From positions 12,028,001 through 12,092,000 of the forward strand of contig JBHGNT010000020.1 in the NCBI GenBank assembly GCA_043228905.1: DNA of 64,000 bases, in the 5' to 3' direction. Below, one piece after another: positions 38,391-50,690 of this stretch. Position 1 is the first letter of the stretch. Each line of letters opens with the position of its first letter. A program made the position numbers and the translations under genes. This DNA comes from Azolla caroliniana (lineage: Eukaryota > Plantae > Polypodiophyta). A model generated the notes under the pieces. It saw only the letters and a list, made by a program, of their open reading frames with translations. It did not search any database and was not told the DNA's origin.

Positions 38391-39486
38391 GACCACACCA
38401 GAGAGGGCTTTATCTGAACATATATCAAAATCTAATCTCTTACCATCTCATTTCACCTGTGTTTATGTGTGTTTTGTCTCTCAATAGCAATTTGCATATA
38501 TATATATATATATATTCTTAGTGCCCATGTGTGTGGATAATTTGATTTGCTGACTTGGTTATGGATATGGATGAATCATGAAAATAACAAAAAAAAAAAA
38601 AACAGAGAAGAGAAAAACAATGCACAAAAAACAGAAAATTAAAAAAACAGTCCAAGATAAAAAAACAAACAAAAGAGGCCCACAGGAATAAAGAAAGTCA
38701 GGAAAGCCATCCTTTACCCGCTGGTTTTCCAGACATTTCTTACTGAAAGTTCTTCCCTGTTCATAGAGTTTCTTTTTCCATCTTAGAGTTTAAACAAAAG
38801 ATGTGTTGGGTTTCATTATAGCTTCCAAGATAGAATTTCTGGGTTTTTATTTATCAGGGATTCCATGGCTAATGTTCTAATGTTTTGTTAGGGCTTTCAA
38901 GCTGAAATTGGGCGGTTTTATTAGGGTTTCCCAAGCTAAGATTTGGGGTTTCTCTTTCGAGCAATATCATATTTTATTTTTTGTGTGTAACAGATTTATG
39001 GTTTTATTACTGCTTAGGCGTCTTTTCAATTAGGGACCTGCAAAGCTGTTTTCTCTTCCATTTTGGGTCTAACAAAATTTTAGTGTTTTTTTACTCTAAG
39101 AGCTTTCAATCATTTCAATTTGGGTTTAACAAAATATTCTAGGGTTTTATTACGTATAGTTTCCAATAATTGTATTTTGGCTGTAATAACATAAGGGTTT
39201 AATATTACTTGGGCGTCTTTTGAATTAGGGTTTTCAAGCCTCTCTGTCTCTGACTCTGTCTCGATCTCTAAAATCCTTATTGGGAGATTTTTTTGACTAA
39301 TTTGGTCAAGACCTTAAAATTCATAGTTGGTTGGTTTTCGTCTTCTTTCTTCTCGGGAATTTTTTGAAGGATTTGTATTGCGAGCATTTGAAGACCCACT
39401 TGATTTAATTTTTTTCGATATTTTGTTATCTTGACTACTTATTTTAGGGTTTTATTTTTTCTGTGAAAGATTTTGTTTTGCCTCTG

Positions 39487-42400
39487 ATGGATATTAGGAC
39501 GAAATTGAGTAGGCAACTGAGCACACGAGTGGAGGAGCTATGGGAGAGCGCTTCATCTCTTCCTCTTCCTCAAGAGGAGAAGCTCAATGCTTGCTTCGAG
39601 AAGATTCCTGTCTCTCTGTTTCCTCCCACACAACATGGCCAAGGTATTCCATATGCCGATTCTCTCACTTCTAGTTAATCTCATCATTCATCTTTGTTTG
39701 TGGTTATTATGATGTTTCTGGTTGTGATTATTATGGTTTTATTTTATTTGCTTTGGTTGTGATTATGATGGTCGTTTCTGCTTGTGATTATCATTGTAAT
39801 TTTCTTTCTTGTGATTATTATTGTGTGTCATGGCCATATCATATTATGTTTCTTTTGTGATTATTGTGGTCGTGTTGTACTTTTTTTGGTTGTGATCATT
39901 GTTATGTCCTGGGATTTCTGTTGTGATTATGCCCTTGTCCCAGTATCTTTATTCTGATTATGCCCATCTCGTGGTAATTTTTTGTTGTGATTATTGCCAT
40001 GTCCTGGTATTTTTGTTACGGATTATGGCCATGTCTATATATATATATATATAGATTTCAAAAGCCATATCAGAACTTTTGTCTGATTTCTCCTGTGGGC
40101 TGAATCAGATGGCAATTGTATGTATATGCATGTTATTAATGCACATATACATCTCCTGATCTCGCTCTTTTTATGCATAAATCTATGCATGTGTGTGTAT
40201 GTATTTATGCATGGGTATGACATATGTTATACATATGTTATATGTATGCTATGTGTCTGTTTGCATGAATATATCTATGTGTATGTAAGTATGTGTTCAT
40301 GTATGCATGTGTATATGTGCGTGTATCCATGTATATATGTATTTATGTGGATATGCATATAGCTTATGCACATATGGACATGTATGCATATATTTTCGAG
40401 TTCGTATATATAATGATAACGTGCTGTGACCAAATGTGTACTTGTGTTGGGTTATCTCCTCTGCTGCCAAACTATTTTTGACGCATATCAGACAAATTTA
40501 GGTTTCTGCTTGGCCAGTCTTTACATTCTGGTTATGTCCTAAAAGACACATGAGGAGTATATACATATTTTTGATGATCTATTTTTGACGCATATCAGAC
40601 AAATTTAGGTTTCTGCTTGGCCAGTCTTTACATTCTGGTTATGTCCTAAAAGACACATGAGGAGTATATACATATCTGTGTCTTCGTCTTTTGTATTGTG
40701 TAGCATAATGTACTATTATAAAGAAAAAAACGTGTATGTGTATGTTAATATTGGTAAGTTGTGTAAATCTAATTATGCTTTGTGATGGGGATAGTGATTG
40801 AGATGAGATCCGATACGAGCTTGCATGAAGCGATAAAGACGTTGGCCAAGAATCGTATATTGAGTGCACCTGTCCAAGATGTTGATGCTCCACAGGACGC
40901 CAGCTGGATGGACAAATACCTTGGTGTTATTGAATTTGCCGGTATTACACACTGGGTTTTACAGCAGGTAATATATATGTTTTTTTTAATATTATTAATC
41001 AATTCCCATTCCCCGATGCATTGGTTGGTTGTCAATTCTGATGACCCTGAACATGTAGGTTTCTCATACATTTTTACAGTTCCAATGAAGAAAGAAAGGC
41101 AATCATATAGATCAATGTTGATGCCCCATTGCACTTGTGTATATAAGTTTTCATTAGTTATACTTTTGTTGGCGACATCTTATGGTTTGAAATGGATATC
41201 CCTATGCATAAGTTTTTCTAGGTATGACCACATACGAATCTAATGAAGGAAGAAATACAATCTGGTAGATCAAGATGGATGTATTTATATCAGAAAGTTT
41301 TCATATATTTTACTATTGTAGGAAATCCTGTAGATCAAGATGGATATGCCTACATACTCATACACATTAAAGATTTGCTGTTGTGGACTAGGTATTATGA
41401 TATCCAGTTAATAAAAAGAAGGGTAATCTCATAAATCAAAGTGAATGTCTGTGGAGACCTAGTTGATATCCCTCTATATGATCATGGTGGTAATTTTTGT
41501 TTATTTTCGTAGGCGGAGCTTACAACTGGGAAAGGGTTTCAATCTGGAACAGTAATTGAAGCAAAAAGTCCGAAAAGCCCGAAAAGTCCAAAGACGCCTA
41601 CAACTCTGGAAGCAGTGCCTGCTGTTGGTGGCGATTTCTTTGAGGACCTTACATCCTCTGATCTTTATAGGAACACAAAAGTATGCAAGATCTTTAAATT
41701 ATACTAAAATAACAACTTTGCTAGATCTATCTTTAATTTGTTTTACTTGAAAACTAGTGGAGTTGATTTTACTTCTTTAAACTATATGAAATTAAGAACA
41801 TTGCTTGGTCTATCTTTCGTTTCTTTACCTAAAAGTAGTGGAATTGGGGGTAATTTTAATTCTTTGTTTACCGATAAAAACGTTTTATCTATTGTCAAAT
41901 CCTTATAAAGGTCCGTTAGAATGATTGATTGATTAACAAATATCATAATATGTTGAGGTGTTTATTCTTAAAACATCTTAATATTTTTATGGTTTTAATT
42001 TTAATTGTTTATTTACTGATAAGAACATTTTATCTATTGTCAAATCCATATAAAGGTCTGTTAGAATGATTGATTGATTAACAAATAACATAATATGTTG
42101 GGGTGTTTATTCTTAAAACATCTTAATATTTTTATTGTTTTTATTCTAAAATTTGGGAGGTATTTATATTATGAAATCTCAAAAATTTAAGGTATATTCT
42201 CAAATGACATGATTATAAATTAATGTGATTACAAATTAAGCTAACATGGGTATTTGTTTTGGTTTCAAACACCTCCAGTAAATCCTTACACGCATTCAGG
42301 AGTTTACTTATGAACATTTGTAGCCCCAGTGAATCTATTTGTGATTATTTTGTCCTTGATTTCGGTAGGTGAAAGATATCACGGGATCGTTCCGCTGGGC

Positions 42401-43492
42401 GCCTTTTGTTCCGGTACAAAATTCAGATTGCCTTTTGACCCTCTTACTCCTCTTATCGAAATATCGTATCAAGAGCTTACCAGTTGTCGAGTCTGGTGAA
42501 GGAAAAATTGAAAACCTCATAACGCAATCAGCAGTTATTCACATGCTATCGGAGTGTAGTGGCTTTCCGTGGTTCGAAAGCCTTGGTAACAAATCTCTTT
42601 CAGCAATTGGGCTTCCCAAGATGAAAGCCGACAAAGTTTTCAAGGTAAGAATTATTTTTAAAATTCCGACATTGAGATGAGATGAGATGAACTTGTCTTT
42701 GAGGGGGCAAATATATATGGGGCCAAAAGTTTACTTCGATATGAATTCTTATAGAACAATGTTTGGTGAAATAAAAAGCAATTTAGAATTATTATTAAGT
42801 TATTGGATTGTTGTAGCTTGTTATTATCCCCATTAAGCAGAGATGAACAAATCAACATTTCGAGAGTATTAGTTAGTTATGATGAATTATTGTATTCTTA
42901 TGGTTTTAATTTGTTGGTTATCGTAGATAGAGGAAGACCAACCTATTCTTCATGCGTTTCAATTGATGCGAATGAAGGGCATTGGTGGATTGCCTGTGGT
43001 AGTGAAAGGTGGTAAGAAAATCATTGGCAACATAAGTATGAGAGATATTCAATTTCTTCTCGTCGTCCCCGAGATTTATAAGGCATACAGGTGTGAATCA
43101 AGTATTAAAAAAAATGTTGTTGAGGTTGAATTCTTGTTTTTATTCTCAGAAATCGAATTATATATCAAGTTTTCGGTTTTCTGTATTGTAGCTCTTTAAC
43201 GGTAAAGGACTTCCTGGAAGCAACAAGAGGCTATTTGGCAAAAAACATGAATGAAGAAGATGTACCACGACTATCTCAGGTTATTACTTGCACGAAGAAT
43301 GAAAAAACGAGGGATGTGATATCGAAGCTAGATCAACATAGCATCCATAGAGTGTATGTTGTCGATGAAGAAGAGAATATTGACGGAGTCGTTACTATGC
43401 GGGACCTGATCTCTAAGTTTGTCTTTGAGCCTATAGACTACTTTGGAGAATTCTTCCTTGGATGGGCGCCATCGTGTCCGAGTCCACACTAA
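39487..43492 (+). CDS. KING1: SNF1-related kinase regulatory gamma subunit (CBS-domain, KING1-like), 412 aa; exons 39487-39643, 40795-40967, 41513-41680, 42369-42644, 42927-43090, 43192-43492
   Basis: All introns are GT-AG and the phases join into one frame of 1239 nt. The peptides RVEELW, EKLNACFEKIPVS, LSAPVQDVDAPQDASWMDKYLGVIEFAGI, FFEDLTSSDLYRNTKVKDITGSFRWAPF and ENLITQSAVIHML match plant KIN-gamma as I recall it. Confidence 0.93.
40472..40675. repeat. 97-bp exact direct duplication in KING1 intron 1 (40472-40568 / 40579-40675)
   Basis: CTATTTTTGACGCATATCAG...GGAGTATATACATAT occurs twice at offset 107. Confidence 0.92.
41865..42145. repeat. Imperfect tandem duplication of about 145 bp in KING1 intron 3
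   Basis: TTTTATCTATTGTCAAATCC...GTTAGAATGATTGATTGATTAACAAAT...TTCTTAAAACATCTTAATATTTTT occurs twice. Confidence 0.85.
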
Positions 43493-43543
43493 AAAAAGTT
43501 GTTTCTCCTATCATTCTGGTGCTGGAGCCCCACATATGGGAGA

Positions 43544-43600
43544 AGGGTTTAGGGTTTGGGTTTAAACCCTAAACCCTAAAACCCTTAGGGTTTGGGTTTT
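43544..43600. repeat. Inverted cluster of plant telomeric/telo-box repeats in the KING1 3' UTR
   Basis: AGGGTTTAGGGTTTGGGTTT-AAACCCTAAACCCTAAAACCCT-TAGGGTTTGGGTTTT. Confidence 0.85.
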
Positions 43601-43959
43601 CTCTGTAATGCTGGTTCTGGAGTCCTCATGATTGGTTCACTTTGGTGCTGGAGTGCACTTGGAAGGACACTTGTTTTTCAGTCCCTTTGGCTGTAAAAAT
43701 GTATAGAATGCAGCATATGCTTTAACTAACTCTGAATTATGACTTTGAACATGTTGTAAAGCTTTGAAATGAGTTTAAAAATATTTTCGATGCATGAGAA
43801 TCCCCCATGGATGCTTAGAGTAAATACAGTTTGCGCTCAAAATCGTGTATGAACAAGATTTTCAATGGTAATATTTTCCCCTCAAAGAGGATTTACGTCC
43901 TCAAGTGTGACTGTAGGCTATCCAATTTAAGGATTGGGTTTTGTGCTGAATTTGCATGG

Positions 43960-44390
43960 ATAGAAATCAAAATCTAGTCCCTTTATGGTTTGATAGATTC
44001 ATGGGATATGCAAACCCAGTTGACAGTACAGAATATAAGGCATCGAAATCTAGTCTCTTTATGGTTTGATAGATTCATGGGATATGGCAACCCAATTGAT
44101 AGTACAGAATATAAGGCATCGATACAAAATCGAAATCTAGTCTCTTTAGGGTTTGACAGATTCATGGATTATGCAAACCGAATTGGCCATATAGAATATA
44201 AGGCATCGATAGAAATTGAAATGTAGTCTCTTTATGGTTTGATAGATTCATGGGATATGCAAATACAATTGGCAGTATAGAATATATAAGGTAGTGCATA
44301 ATAATTGTTCATTTGGCATGATAAACATCGAAATGTAGTCTTGTAGTGAGATGGATTCATGGGATATGCAGACCCAATTGATGGTGTAGA
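43960..44390. repeat. Tandem repeat of about 75-90 bp, about 5 copies
   Basis: AATCTAGTCTCTTTATGGTTTGATAGATTCATGGGATATGC...AGAATATAAGGCATCG recurs. Confidence 0.88.
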
Positions 44391-45349
44391 AAGCTAAGGT
44401 TATTTGTTGGGCACATAGGGACATAGGTAACTGTACTTTGTTGGATATTCAATGGGACATGCAACATTGCTTGATTATCTTGGACAAAAGAAAAACCAAT
44501 GCTTATGATGTATGGTGTACAATTTGAGATAACTAAAATTATGAGAAAATAAAGGACTATAGGTATTTGAAGTGAGAGTAGCTATGACTTCATGATCGAA
44601 AGGGTACTTCGTTAAGCGCTTTATTCTAAACATTTTTCGTATGGAGGAGTAATGACAATGCACATGCTTGACTTAACACATGTTTTTCTTTTCCACTTTC
44701 ATTACATATAGAAGAGTATGGATTTCCTCAAATTCAATGGAAAAAGTGTGTTACATTTATTCATACATAAGCCCATAGGCAACGTGAGCTTTTCTTTTTG
44801 GCAGGCTTTGGAATGCTTGTGATGTTGAGGATCATGAGACCCCCTTTCGAGGGTAAAAGATTGTGCTGATGTTGTTGTTAACTATGAATTGCTCTCGCCT
44901 TTGGCTTTTGGTAGTGTCTACAATTAGTAATGTTGATGGAATACATTGCTCGATTTCGTACTTAAAACCATAATGCTAGAAGAATGTATACCTTAATATT
45001 TTGACTACTATTATTAGATTGTATGTTGATTCTCCCAAGTGATTTAAATATTGTGTGGCTATATGAAAACCTAATTTACCAAATCAATTGCGAAATGTGT
45101 TTTTCCCAAAGTTATCTAAACTTGTGTGGCTATGTGACCATCCCATTTGACAAAACCAAATAAAATGGGAATTAGTTTTTCTCTAATTTGTTTTGTGAAA
45201 ATTGTGTTGCTATAGTAGGAACTGTGAAAGTGGTAGTGTGCAGAATAACAAATGTGAGAACCACGCAAGTATGTGCACAAAATTACAAACCTAAAAAAGA
45301 TTGACGATTAATGATCAAAGACATCCACAACCACAGTGAATTGATATAA

Positions 45350-45673
45350 TCAATGACAAGAACAACGCGAGTGATCAGCGGCGATGATGATTGTGAACCC
45401 GATAATGAGGATGAAGAGGGATGGAAAGAGGAGACATGGGAGGGATGTGAATAAGTGTGTGAGAATGTTAGAGGAGATGGGTAGGATTATGAGGTTTAGG
45501 GTGGGTTGGACGAGGATATATAAAAGAAGAGCCACAACACAACCCACAAACCACATAAGACTTGCTTCTACCTCATCGTAGCTAGTGTTATACCACTTGC
45601 TGTAATAATCAGTATGAGTATACTCATATTGATAATTATAATCATGGTCTGCCCACCATCTAGTCGAACCCAT
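45350..45673 (-). CDS. Putative small membrane protein (107 aa, Tyr-rich N-terminus, two hydrophobic helices)
   Basis: The ATG at 45673 is preceded by a CT/CA-rich UTR-like tract. The protein reads MGSTRWWADHDYNYQYEY...WFVGCVVALLLYILVQP...LLFPSLFILIIGFTIIIAA. Confidence 0.45.
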   Translation of the reverse strand: MGSTRWWADHDYNYQYEYTHTDYYSKWYNTSYDEVEASLMWFVGCVVALLLYILVQPTLNLIILPISSNILTHLFTSLPCLLFPSLFILIIGFTIIIAADHSRCSCH

Positions 45674-47999
45674 ATCTAATGTGTGTGTGAGTGTGGGGAG
45701 AGATAGAGATAACGAGAGAGTATTTAATGAAAAATATGAAAAATGATTTAATCCCAAAGATTCCAAACATCCTTTTCTACCTCTTTCTTTTTTGACTTTC
45801 TTTGGACACATTTGTCATGGAATCATCTCAACAAATCTCTTTGTGCATTTTACTTTGGCCACGAATCATTTGCATCACACCAAAGATCAAGTAAATGTTT
45901 TTTTTTATGTTCGACCCACTAGTTTTCCTTTTCATGCAAAGATAATGGGCTTAAAGTGTGAGAAAACACCACAAATGTTTAAGAATTTAGGAGAAAAGTT
46001 AAATGTGACAATGTATTTTGCTCCACGTAGAAGGTTCCCAACTTCAAGTTCAAAGTTCGAACATTCTACCTAAATTCTAATGAGTGAGGGAATCTATTTC
46101 CCAAACTATGTATGGTTCTTGGCTTCTAGATCCCTTGAGTGGGTGTATGCTTATGACTAGGTCAATGAGTACTTGTTTGGTAGACCAAGAGAAGCACAAG
46201 TTTCAACATGAGGGTCTAGATAAGTCCATAAGTGGGGTGGTAGGTCACTGGCTGGTTGTATTTCATCTCATTTTTGAGGTAATTCACCATTGTCAAACTA
46301 AAATTTGGGAATGAATTTTGTATCCTTAGAGGACTTTTTACTTTTATTAGGTTTTTGCTCCCCCTTCCTCTTAACTATGGTTTGAGTGCCCTACTAGTGT
46401 TGTCCTAAGTTTTGAGCAATGTGTTGGTCTCTCAAGTCTTTCGTTCAATTGGAGTTGGCTCATAAATTCATGTAACTTGTTTGAACCTTTCTACGGGTTC
46501 GTAAGTGTTGTTGGCTCTTGTAAAGTTGGGTACAAGCTTACTTATTTGGGCAAATTGTTGTCATTCACATGACCACAAGAGGGGGTGGGCTTCCTCTCTC
46601 GTTCCATTAAGGTCAACAACATTTGGATATTAACATGAGAATGGAAACTAATGTTGGGTTTGACATTTCATTATTTGTCGATGTCATCTCTATGTGTCTA
46701 GTTGCTTGAGTTTCAATTTTGGTGCAACTCTATTGGCTTGAGATCCCACTGATGGTTCGTGGTGGTATTTGTGAAAGTAATAGTGTGCACCTTCTGTTCA
46801 TGAGCTTGGTTATGTTTATATAGAACATCTATAACTGCACCAACAAATTATTACAAAAAGCTGATGTGTTCTATTAGGATAGATTGGAATTTAGCTAGCA
46901 TTTTATTGAGGGATTTATCTTTCGCTAGTTGTTCCAAGAGGTATATGGCACTATTTAAGGCCTTTAGTTCAAGGATAATGTTCTCTTTAATATACATGAG
47001 GTTTTATATACCAAACTTTGCCCAACTCTTCTTGCCAAGGGTGGGGGGGAGTACTAGTGGATACCCTCTCAATGGACCCACAATTCTGATTCAAATCTAT
47101 GTTTTTAAACCAATATCTAGATATAACCCTAGGGATTACAATGAGGAAGAACCCTTATAAAAGTTGTGTAGTTTCACTTGTATTATTATCCTTTTATTTA
47201 ATAATATTATAGTTATGCCATTTTGACATGTTGGACGACATAAAGGTTTATAAATAACATTTATACCCTAATATCATGCTTAGCTTAAGTCTCTGTTGAC
47301 TAATAACTCTAAGGGATCTTAATGTATCCTTGAACCGTTGCATAGGAGGTGAGATGTACAACACAAAACTTAATATGCAATACATACGATTTCATCAACA
47401 CGACAACCACTTTTATCCATAGAGCAAGGGTTTGTAAATATAAGGGTATATTTCCACCATAAATTGGATAGTTTTCCTACTTACAACCAAATGCAACATG
47501 TCTCCAGTGTAGCTATGGTTCATAGAACACAAGTTTATATACAAAGGGTGTAGGCTTGCCATAATTTGGATATGTTTTACTATTAATTCCGAAACAACCT
47601 TGCCCTAATTTATTCTCTCTTTAAAAGTGCTACATACCAGTATTTGAAAATGCCGACTTCTATTTTTACCTAAAAAGGGTCCCTTTTCTAGTTCCTCAAT
47701 CTATAACCTCTGTCCTTACATTTATATACTATAATTCTATAGAATTACATTCTTAATTTACAAGTTTCCCATTGGACAACTAACATCTATGAAATTTTGT
47801 TGTAAATGCCATTATGTTTTGATATTACTGTATGTCTAGAATAGTTAAATGCAAGCTTATTATAACCTTGCTAGATTGCAACTTGAAGTTACAAACAAAA
47901 TTTGAAACCTGCCTTCTACAACCCCTACTACATGTAGGTTATTAGCAACTTCGTCACCTTGAATATAATTTGACTTGCCATTAGCTATGTGAAGTACAT

Positions 48000-48760
48000 C
48001 TAAATTGCTTTAGAAGAGTTTTTGCAGTACAATGTCGAAGAAAGCATTAATTGTTGTATATCTTATGAAGCAAGAGGTTCAATTGGCCTTTGTCCACATT
48101 TCTAAAAAATGTTGGTGTTTACGAAACACAACATTAGGCTCACTAGTTAATGCCTCATATTGACCTCTTAGAGTATGTAGAAGCATCAACCATATATCCT
48201 TGACTAACTCAACCGCATTCTATTTGACTTTTTGAATTAAACATTTACATCTTGCCTTCCACAATACCTAAATTACTAAAGAAGATATCGTAGACCAAAC
48301 CTTGTCCTCTACTAAACAACCGATTGTTGTAGCATAAGAGACATCCAATACTTGCCTTCCATCACAGAGAAGAAGAAAATCAACACACTCCTTTTCATAA
48401 TTCAGTTTTTCTTCAGCAAGCCTTCCCCATCTCACAAAACACCATGTATATATTTGTTTACCATAAACATAATACAACATTCTCAACATTCTTTTCCAAA
48501 CTGCTCTAGCAAAAGGACATATTCATAAGACATGGTGCACCGATTAAATGTGAAAACCACAACTATCACATTTTAAATCACGGCGATGCCCCAACATCTA
48601 TGACTTCACAGGAATCCCATATTGTACCAACAACCATCTAAACTGTCATATAACTTTTTTAGGAATTTGCATGGCTCACAACCATTTCCAATAAGCACCA
48701 AATAAGTTGGGGATTCATCTTTTTTTCGACAATCCTCTCCCAAATATAGTGGTAATGCTA
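48000..48760 (-). mobile_element. Old L1 3' fragment (zf-RVT region)
   Basis: The minus strand reads CDSCGFHI*SVHHVL*ICPFARAVWKRMLRML. Boundaries are approximate. Confidence 0.65.
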
Positions 48761-48825
48761 CAATCCATTACCACTATCTTTGGGAGAGGATTGTAGCAAA
48801 AAACACAAATCCCCAACTTATTTGG
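48698..48825. repeat. 128-bp fold-back inverted repeat (arms of about 60 bp, 8-nt loop)
   Basis: CCAAATAAGTTGGGGATT...CAATCCTCTCCCAAATATAGTGGTAATG, then loop CTACAATC, then CATTACCACTATCTTTGGGAGAGGATTG...AATCCCCAACTTATTTGG. Confidence 0.9.
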
Positions 48826-50305
48826 ATTGATAACCAAATATGTTCAATAGACCCTAGTTATATTCAACATTTCATCTACACCCATTTGATTCACGAAGCT
48901 TGAGGCAAATGCAAGAAAAGCAAGTTAACTGAGTCTATGGTTGTACAAAACGATTAAGCTTCAATAGACACCTAGAGAAGTCAAACCCAACCAAACTTTA
49001 TGTGTGAATACGCTTATTAGAAAAAATGTACGATGAACATTTATTTGTTTTAAATATTATATACGATAGTTTCGAGGAATATTATGTGTGCATTATATTA
49101 ATAAAATATTCAAATGTCAACTTATATACCAAAAATCTCTCCTTCCCTCCCTCCCTCCCTCTCTCATCATGATTGATCTCATTTGAGCACATTGAGAACA
49201 CAATATATAAAATTGTCCTCACCAGGTAAATGAAGTTTGATGTTTTCACCTATTAATCTTCCTTATTAATCTATCTATATTTGCGTGGAATCATCTCTCC
49301 TTGTGTTGTAACACCGTTTTGGACAAAACTTATCCAAGTTCTTTACATACTTGAGTTCACATGACAATGGGTCAAATGAATCTCTTTCTCTCAAAATATC
49401 GATAAATCATGTTAACTTGACATGGTCCTCGGACAACAATAAACCTCTCTCTCTAGCATATTATTCAGATAAGCCATGCTTGACTTCCCAACCTTATTGA
49501 GAATGCACATCCCTTTCACAAAGTTAGCTCTAGCATATCATATCTAGAGAGATTAAACCAATCCCTACACACACTTACACATTTGTGTAAGTCAATATTT
49601 TGTCGATCCTATAGCAACACATGAGTCCTCAAATGGTTGATATATATATGTATATACATAATGCACACAATATATCGGAAGGTTGGGGTCAAATAGAGTT
49701 TGTCAGTTTGTCCAATAATTTATATGGACCACACGTCTCCACCTCTCTTTTCTAAAGTAGTAGCATATACTTAAAAGGTCAATTGAAACATATATGTATA
49801 TATATATATGTATATATATGTATATATATATAGTAGAGTCTAGATCCCAAGCTCGGTCAAGCGTAGAGCTAAATCTGGGTCAATGAAGCATACCATTCTC
49901 ATTATCCTCCTCATCGACATGGGTTCAAATCTTTCTATCCCGCTCTTCCATTTATACATAAACACATCCATACATGCTCATATGTTTAATGATAGATGCC
50001 CACTTGTGAATAGTTTCTGCATGATTAGTTACAGATGTGCTCATATTTTAATGATAGATGCCCACTTGTAAACATAGTCCATATACTTAGATCTGGATAT
50101 GCTCTTTCTTTAGTGTCATGATTATTACCCCTTTCTTGACCCATCAGAGGAGAGTTTTCTTATAATGTAAAATGCCTTCTTTCTGATTAAGGTCCTATAT
50201 ACTTCCCCTTCCGGATCATCGATAATATACCGCCATCACCGGGAGGTTGTCTCACCTCTATCACTACTAATTTTAGGGACTAAGGTTTAGATTTAGAGAC
50301 TTAGC

Positions 50306-50512
50306 ATGGATGATGGAAAGCTTGTGGTGATGGTTCTAGTAAGTGCCATGGTACTAGGGACCGCGCTCTTCCTATTGGTCATTGCGCCTCGGGTATCTCA
50401 TACCGAAACTTGGTTTTGCATCCCGATCATGGTCCAAATGACCACCTCCTACACCTTCCCTCCTCTCATCCTCACCACCATTGTCATTCTCATTGCCCTT
50501 GGCAGCATGTAA
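50306..50512 (+). CDS. Putative small two-TM protein (68 aa)
   Basis: ATG in good context (AGCATGG), TATA-like CCTATATA at about 50194, and two hydrophobic stretches LVVMVLVSAMVLGTALFLLVIAP and FPPLILTTIVILIALG. Confidence 0.4.
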   Translation: MDDGKLVVMVLVSAMVLGTALFLLVIAPRVSHTETWFCIPIMVQMTTSYTFPPLILTTIVILIALGSM

Positions 50513-50654
50513 TGAACCCCAAGTGTGTATGTATATATCAATCCATCCTACCCATTGGATCCTCATCACATTACTTTCCATCTAACATAAGGTGTGGCAT
50601 TTGAATCATAATGTTGTTGGATTGCAAAATACCACCCATCTCACAAAGCCTATA

Positions 50655-50690
<36 letters not shown>

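Noticed and set aside
40035-40481. Cys/Tyr/Met/Val-rich ORFs (also 50592-50863 and 55027-55230)
   Set aside because: They are translations of (TATG)n or (CATG)n low-complexity intron and LTR sequence.
46050-47160. Possible minus-strand gypsy gag remnant
   Set aside because: Too degenerate to support a call, with no LTR pair or clear motif.
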